Below, in pieces: positions 47,011 through 51,791 of a stretch of DNA of 51,791 nucleotides (the first letter of the stretch is position 1; each line of letters opens with the position of its first letter). The notes under the pieces were generated by a model. That model saw only the letters and a program-made list of their open reading frames with translations. It was not told the origin of the DNA and ran no database searches. The position numbers and the translations under genes are program-made. Origin of the DNA: Actinomycetota bacterium (GTDB lineage: Bacteria > Actinomycetota > Actinomycetes > S36-B12 > UBA10799); assembly GCA_963169255.1 (NCBI GenBank), contig CAUJEJ010000040.1, positions 1 through 51,791 of the forward strand, written 5' to 3'.

Positions 47011-48518
47011 GGCCGCCATGGCGCCGGTCGGCATTTGGCGCAGCCGCGGCCGCGGCCGTGATGGGTCTGATGACTGCTTGCGGGTCCACTACCAGCGCCC
47101 CGACGCCTGCCGAACCAGGCGACCTCTCCCGTTTCTACAACCAGTCGATCACGTGGACTGCGTGCAAGTCTGAATTCCAATGCGGGACCTTCGACGTTCC
47201 GTTGGATTACTCGAACCCCGCCGGCGAAGCGATCACCATCGAGGTTCTCAAGGCACCCGCGACGGATCAGGCCAAGCGGCTCGGCTCACTGGTGATCAAC
47301 CCCGGCGGGCCAGGCGCCTCAGGCGTCGAGTTCGCGCAGTACGCGGGTGGAACGATCAGCCCGTCAGTCCTCGCGGCATACGACGTCGTGGGGTTCGATC
47401 CCAGAGGTGTTGTGGCGAGCACCCCGATTGTTTGCATGGACGGCGAACAAACCGACCAGTTTCTTGCCTCCCTCGGGGCCCCAGCGGATGCGGCCCAACG
47501 TGAGCAAGTCGAGCGGGTCGCCCGCGGACTTGGCGAGTCCTGTGACACGAATTCGCCGTCGCTGACACCGGCAATCGGCACCATTGCGGCGGCACGCGAC
47601 ATGGACGTCTTGCGGCATCTGCTCGGCGAGTCGAAGCTCAACTTCCTCGGGTTGTCGTACGGCACGTTGCTCGGGCTGATGTACCTCGAAGAGTTCAACG
47701 CTCACGCTGGCCGGTTCGTGTTGGACGGCGTGATCAACCCCGCGCTGTCGAACGCCGACGTCGCACGAGGGCAGGCGGAGGGGTTCCAGCTCGCGCTGTC
47801 TCGGTTCATCGCAGACTGCCCGAACCATGCGGACTGCCCGTTGCCAGCGGACCAGGGCGGGGCCGTCGAGAAGATCAATTCGTGGATGGCGCAGATCGCG
47901 GTGGCCCCGATTAAGGCTGAACCTGACCGACCGCTGACGCGACCGTTAGCGACTAACGGAATCGTCGGCAGCCTCTACAACGAGGGCGACGGGTGGCCGC
48001 AGCTGCGCAGCGCGCTGAGCGCGGGGTTCAGGGGCGACGGCACGCCGCTACTTGAGATCGTCGATTCGTTCACCGGACGCCAGGCCGACGGCACCTACCG
48101 CAACAACGCTATCGACGCGTTGTACGCGGTGAGTTGTCTGGACCGCCCAGATCGAGCCGATGCGGACACGACAGCGCAGTACGCGCAGGAGTGGGCGCGC
48201 ACAGCTCCAACTTTTGGGCCTGAGCTCGCGTGGGGGAATCTGCCGTGCGGAACGTGGCCCGCCGCCGCGACGTTCGAGCCGCATCCGATCACTGTCACGA
48301 CCGAAACGCCGGTCCTGCTAGTGGGTACCCGGTATGACCCTGCGACTCCATACGTCTGGGCCGAACAAGTGTCGAAGCAGTTACCAAACAACCACTTCCT
48401 CAGCTACGAAGACGACGGGCACACCGGGTACGGCGACAGCCCGTGCGTGAACAAGGCCGTCGACTCGCTACTTCTCACCGGTGCGGTGTCCTCCTCGGCC
48501 ACCAGTTCTTGCTCCTGA
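47007..48518 (+). CDS. secreted alpha/beta hydrolase (tripeptidyl aminopeptidase-like) lipoprotein
   Basis: Lipobox LMTACG, NPGGPGASG, nucleophile elbow GLSYGT, and C-terminal DDGHTGY. Confidence 0.85.
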   Translation: MRPPWRRSAFGAAAAAAVMGLMTACGSTTSAPTPAEPGDLSRFYNQSITWTACKSEFQCGTFDVPLDYSNPAGEAITIEVLKAPATDQAKRLGSLVINPGGPGASGVEFAQYAGGTISPSVLAAYDVVGFDPRGVVASTPIVCMDGEQTDQFLASLGAPADAAQREQVERVARGLGESCDTNSPSLTPAIGTIAAARDMDVLRHLLGESKLNFLGLSYGTLLGLMYLEEFNAHAGRFVLDGVINPALSNADVARGQAEGFQLALSRFIADCPNHADCPLPADQGGAVEKINSWMAQIAVAPIKAEPDRPLTRPLATNGIVGSLYNEGDGWPQLRSALSAGFRGDGTPLLEIVDSFTGRQADGTYRNNAIDALYAVSCLDRPDRADADTTAQYAQEWARTAPTFGPELAWGNLPCGTWPAAATFEPHPITVTTETPVLLVGTRYDPATPYVWAEQVSKQLPNNHFLSYEDDGHTGYGDSPCVNKAVDSLLLTGAVSSSATSSCS

Positions 48519-48707
48519 TCGCTGTTCATGGCCTCGGCGTTGGCGCTCCACACGGATGCACCGAAACGTTTCGATCGGGACCTAAGGCCTATGTCCCCAA
48601 AGAAATAGTGTGAAGAGTTCCACATCAATTGCCCCCGAATTTTCAACACAGCGTGATGGTTCGCCCGCAGGACTCGATTGTGCGCTTGTGAACCCTCACA
48701 GAGCGTG

Positions 48708-48735
48708 AAACCCCTTGTCTTGCAAGGGTTTTCGA
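48708..48735 (+). terminator. intrinsic terminator about 190 nt downstream of the hydrolase gene
   Basis: AAA-CCCTTG-TCTTG-CAAGGG-TTTTCGATCTTC: a short GC stem flanked by A and T tracts. Confidence 0.5.
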
Positions 48736-48805
48736 TCTTCAAAACGGTGTTAGGTTCGCCAGGTTGTTCGTTCCGAGCGCCGCCCCCCGGTGGCGCACGA
48801 ACACA

Positions 48806-48957
48806 CCGCTGAGTCACCACATCGATTAGCGGCCCATATTCCCCAGGGCCCATCGAATGACGGTGTACCGGGGACCCATAAGAAAGTTGGGGCGAATCCG
48901 GCACGTGCCGGTAGGGCGATCCTTGCGCCCGAGTCCGTCAGCTAACCCGGGAAGCGG
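48806..48957 (+). promoter_or_regulatory. cyclic-di-AMP riboswitch (ydaO/yuaA class)
   Basis: P1 CCGCU...AGCGG encloses the conserved blocks CGGGGACCCA, UUGGGGCGAAUCC, CCGGUAGGGCGAUC and CCCGAGUCCGUCAGCUAACCCGGGAAGCGG. SD GAGGAGGAG (48961-69) lies only 4 nt after P1, and a cell-wall hydrolase gene is downstream. Confidence 0.8.
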
Positions 48958-48980
48958 CTCGAGGAGGAGTTCGTTTCGTC

Positions 48981-49559
48981 ATGCGTTTTTCGCGCCTTGT
49001 AGGCGCATCTGTTTCTGTTGTTGCTGCAACCGCAGTGTTCGTTCCCGTTTCCGTCACCAGCGTCGCCAATGCTGCGCCCGTCACCGTTGGCATCGGCGCA
49101 GCTGTTGCTGCGCCAGCACCCCTCACGCCAGCGCAGATTAAGGCCGCAAAGCTTGCCAAGCGGGCAGCCTGGGCCAAGGACATGCGCAAGCGCATTGTCA
49201 AGTTCGCGAAGTCACGCCAGGGCCGTGGCCAGTACGTCGCAGGCGCTGAGTCCTCATGGGCATTCGACTGCTCGGGATTCACCAAGGTTGTGTACCAGCG
49301 GGTCGCCAAGATCAACATTCCGCACTACTCCGGCGCGCAACTCAACATGCGTCGCGGACAGCGAGTGAGCAAGAGCAACCTGCTGCCGGGCGACATCCTC
49401 GCGTGGGGCTCGAACGGCTCGCAGCACGTGTCGATCTACATCGGCAAGGGAAAGATGATCGGGGCGAACAACCCGAGCCGCGACGTCGTCATCGAACCCA
49501 TCAACAACAGCTACTGGGCACCGCGCTACGCCGGCGCCCGCCGCCTCATCGTCGGCTAG
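48981..49559 (+). CDS. secreted NlpC/P60 (C40) peptidoglycan endopeptidase
   Basis: Signal peptide MRFSRLVGASVSVVAATAVFVPVSVTSVANA. Catalytic FDCSGF (Cys), GSQHVSIY (His), and a C-terminal polar residue. Confidence 0.88.
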   Translation: MRFSRLVGASVSVVAATAVFVPVSVTSVANAAPVTVGIGAAVAAPAPLTPAQIKAAKLAKRAAWAKDMRKRIVKFAKSRQGRGQYVAGAESSWAFDCSGFTKVVYQRVAKINIPHYSGAQLNMRRGQRVSKSNLLPGDILAWGSNGSQHVSIYIGKGKMIGANNPSRDVVIEPINNSYWAPRYAGARRLIVG

Positions 49560-49577
49560 CACCCGCACCACCGCTTC

Positions 49578-49627
49578 CACAGGTTGGTGAAGACATCCGG
49601 CCAGCCGGGTGTGTTCACCAACCTGTG
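49578..49627 (+). terminator. long inverted repeat after the NlpC/P60 gene (probable terminator)
   Basis: CACAGGTTGGTGAA (49578-91) and TTCACCAACCTGTG (49614-27) are perfect 14-bp arms. The 22-nt spacer contains CCGGC-CA-GCCGG. Confidence 0.55.
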
Positions 49628-49698
49628 AGTGGTTAAGGGGTTGCTTCGGCTTGCAGGTGCAGGTGCGACGCGGGCTGGTGTGACCTAGGCTCGCGCGG

Positions 49699-50061
49699 GT
49701 GGAGGATCTGCGGCAGATCGGCAGCGTTGCTGAGGAGACCGGTCTTAGCCTGCGTACGATCCGCTACTACGAAGAGGTCGGGCTCGTGGTCCCTGCTGAA
49801 CGCTCTGCTGGCGGGTTTCGGATGTACTCAGCCGATGATGTGCGAAGACTCAAACTGATTATGTTGATGAAGCCTCTCGATATCACTCTCGCGCAGATGG
49901 CCGAGCTCATCGACGCGATCGAGAATCCGGAACGCTCACGCAGTGCGCTGCGCGACAGTCACGAGATCTTGACTCAACGGTGCGAGAAGTTGCGGCGCCA
50001 ACTCGACGCTGCCCAGGCCCTGGTGTCGGCTGTGAATGGCGCCATCGTCGCTAACGCCTGA
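49699..50061 (+). CDS. MerR-family transcriptional regulator
   Basis: 120 aa with N-terminal HTH IGSVAEETGLSLRTIRYYEEVGLV and a coiled-coil C terminus. Confidence 0.88.
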   Translation: MEDLRQIGSVAEETGLSLRTIRYYEEVGLVVPAERSAGGFRMYSADDVRRLKLIMLMKPLDITLAQMAELIDAIENPERSRSALRDSHEILTQRCEKLRRQLDAAQALVSAVNGAIVANA

Positions 50062-50063
50062 CG

Positions 50064-51575
50064 TTAGAGATCCCTGGTGGTGCCCGCGTGCCTGCGGTGC
50101 ATGGCTTCGCTGGCGCGATTCATCCCAACGATCGTCACGGTCTTACCTTTGGACGCGTACTTGGTTTCGATCGAGTCGAGCGCGGCCACAGTTGAGGGAT
50201 CCCAAATGTGGGCATCCGACAGATCGATCACTACGTTCGCAGGGTCGTTGGCGTAGTCGAATTGGAACACCAGGTCGTTGCTTGAGGCGAAGAAGAGTTC
50301 ACCGTTGACTTTGTAGATACGGGTCTGCTCCTCCGTGAGGTCCATGACTGGGACGACCTCGGCCATGTGCGCAACCCGACGGGCGAACATGACCATCGCG
50401 ACAACAACTCCGACGATCACCCCGATCGCCAGGTTGTGGGTGGCGACGACGACCACAACTGTGACGGCCATGACGAATGTTTCGGTCTTGGGGAGTCGAC
50501 GCAGCGTCGAGGGCTTGACGCTGTGCCAATCAAACGTGCTGTAGGCGACGAAGAGCATCACCGCGACAAGTGCAGCCATCGGGATGATCGAGACGATGTC
50601 TCCCAACGCGACCACCAGGATCAGCAGAAATACTCCGGCGAGGAACGTCGACAGTCTGGTCCGTGCCCCCGAGACCTTCACGTTGATCATGGTTTGGCCG
50701 ATCATCGCGCAGCCGCCCATTCCACCGAAGAACCCGGTGACAACATTCGCGACACCTTGGCCCCATGACTCACGGGTCTTGTCGGAGTGTGAGTCGGTGA
50801 TGTCGTCGACCAACTTGGCCGTCATGAGCGACTCCATGAGCCCAACAAGGGCCATCGCGAGTGCGTACGGAAATATCACCTTGAGCGTCTCGAGGGTGTA
50901 GGGGACGTCCGGAATGAGCAGGGACGGCAGTGAATCTGGGAGCTTGCCTTCATCGCCAACGTTGGGGACGTTGATCGCGGCAATGACCGTGATTGCCGTG
51001 AGCACGATGATGGCGATGAGTGGACTTGGGATCGTTGTCGTCAACTTCGGGAACAAGAAGATGATCGCTAACCCTACGGCGACCATCGGATAGACCATCC
51101 ACGGTACGTCGATCAGACCGGGGAGTTGCGCGAGCGCAATCAGGATCGCAAGCGAGTTGACGAACCCGACCATGACGCTGCGCGGAATGAACCGCATGAG
51201 CTTCGCGATGCCTGCCGCTGCCAACAGAACTTGAAGCAGCCCACCCAGGATGACCGCAGCGAGGAGGTATTCCAGGCCGTGGGAAGCCACAAGCGGCGCG
51301 ATCACCAGCGCAACTGCTGCCGTAGCCGCGGAGATCATTGCGCGTCTGCCACCGACGAACGCGATCGTCACCGCCATGGTGAACGACGCAAAGAGTCCGA
51401 CCTGCGGATCCACTCCGGCAATGATCGAGAACGAGATCGCTTCAGGGATCAGCGCGAGTGCGACGACAAGGCCAGCGAGTACCTCGGTGCGGATGACCTT
51501 GGGTGTGAATGTTCCGCGGGTTCGGTCGATGAATGACGCCTCGGACGCACGGTCGGTGGCAAGCGGAGCAGACAC
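50064..51575 (-). CDS. SulP-family anion transporter with C-terminal STAS domain
   Basis: 503 aa polytopic protein. SulP motifs ([29 protein letters not shown]) and a C-terminal STAS domain ([13 protein letters not shown]...[12 protein letters not shown]). It is convergent with MerR across a 2-nt gap. Confidence 0.9.
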   Translation of the reverse strand: MSAPLATDRASEASFIDRTRGTFTPKVIRTEVLAGLVVALALIPEAISFSIIAGVDPQVGLFASFTMAVTIAFVGGRRAMISAATAAVALVIAPLVASHGLEYLLAAVILGGLLQVLLAAAGIAKLMRFIPRSVMVGFVNSLAILIALAQLPGLIDVPWMVYPMVAVGLAIIFLFPKLTTTIPSPLIAIIVLTAITVIAAINVPNVGDEGKLPDSLPSLLIPDVPYTLETLKVIFPYALAMALVGLMESLMTAKLVDDITDSHSDKTRESWGQGVANVVTGFFGGMGGCAMIGQTMINVKVSGARTRLSTFLAGVFLLILVVALGDIVSIIPMAALVAVMLFVAYSTFDWHSVKPSTLRRLPKTETFVMAVTVVVVVATHNLAIGVIVGVVVAMVMFARRVAHMAEVVPVMDLTEEQTRIYKVNGELFFASSNDLVFQFDYANDPANVVIDLSDAHIWDPSTVAALDSIETKYASKGKTVTIVGMNRASEAMHRRHAGTTRDL

Positions 51576-51791
51576 GTGGCGCCTTTCGACGGTGGGGTTT
51601 GCGGGTCAATCTCTGGCGCCTGCGCGAACTTCCCGCGCGTCATTCGGCCGAGCGCGAACTCTACCGTTACGTGAGGGTTGCCGCCATGTTGGGCGGGATG
51701 TGCATTTCGGACTCGATTCACCGGAGTCGGGTTCCGGTTTCAGCACACAGCGGTGGATTGGAGCCCATTTCGGGCCTCAATCCACCGCTGT

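Overview
High-GC (roughly 60-65% by eye) actinobacterial chromosomal core segment, densely coded on both strands. All calls rest on motifs read from the translations and on remembered family knowledge; no searches were run. Gene order closely mirrors, as I recall it, the Mycobacterium tuberculosis Rv3644c-Rv3721c neighbourhood. In order: dnaX (5' truncated)-recR-ask-asd; an M15 peptidase plus tRNA-Pro(CGG); metallophosphoesterase-ponA-whiB4-two ArsA/Get3-like ATPases-DUF4177-RidA-NUDIX-MBL-crp-RsiG-like-nth-TlpA-like-NUDIX-marP-alpha/beta hydrolase. Then a holin-like protein, nhaA and acs; a NodB deacetylase, a Fic-like protein and three ABC genes; a small toxin-antitoxin-like cassette; and a HAD hydrolase. 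Then 6C sRNA; ssd plus a Tad/Flp pilus operon; a STAS/RsbW-like pair; K+-independent H+-PPase; topA-tmk, csbD, holB and a secreted alpha/beta hydrolase. The window ends with a c-di-AMP (ydaO-type) riboswitch ahead of an NlpC/P60 hydrolase, then MerR and SulP. I saw no CRISPR array, transposase, integrase or recognisable defence gene, so I cannot point to a clear novel multi-gene system. The most unusual items are listed here. (1) An array of tRNA-3'-end-like palindromic repeats next to tRNA-Pro, into which the M15 peptidase ORF reads. (2) A lower-GC two-gene TA-like islet whose first protein I cannot assign to a family. (3) An RsiG-like protein with one perfect and one near-perfect c-di-GMP-binding motif beside crp. 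(4) An RsbW-like anti-sigma factor lacking the N-box Asn. (5) A Fic-fold protein with a degenerate active-site motif. (6) Two unannotated RNA elements (6C sRNA and the c-di-AMP riboswitch). Hand-derived coordinates of non-ORF features may be off by 1-2 nt.
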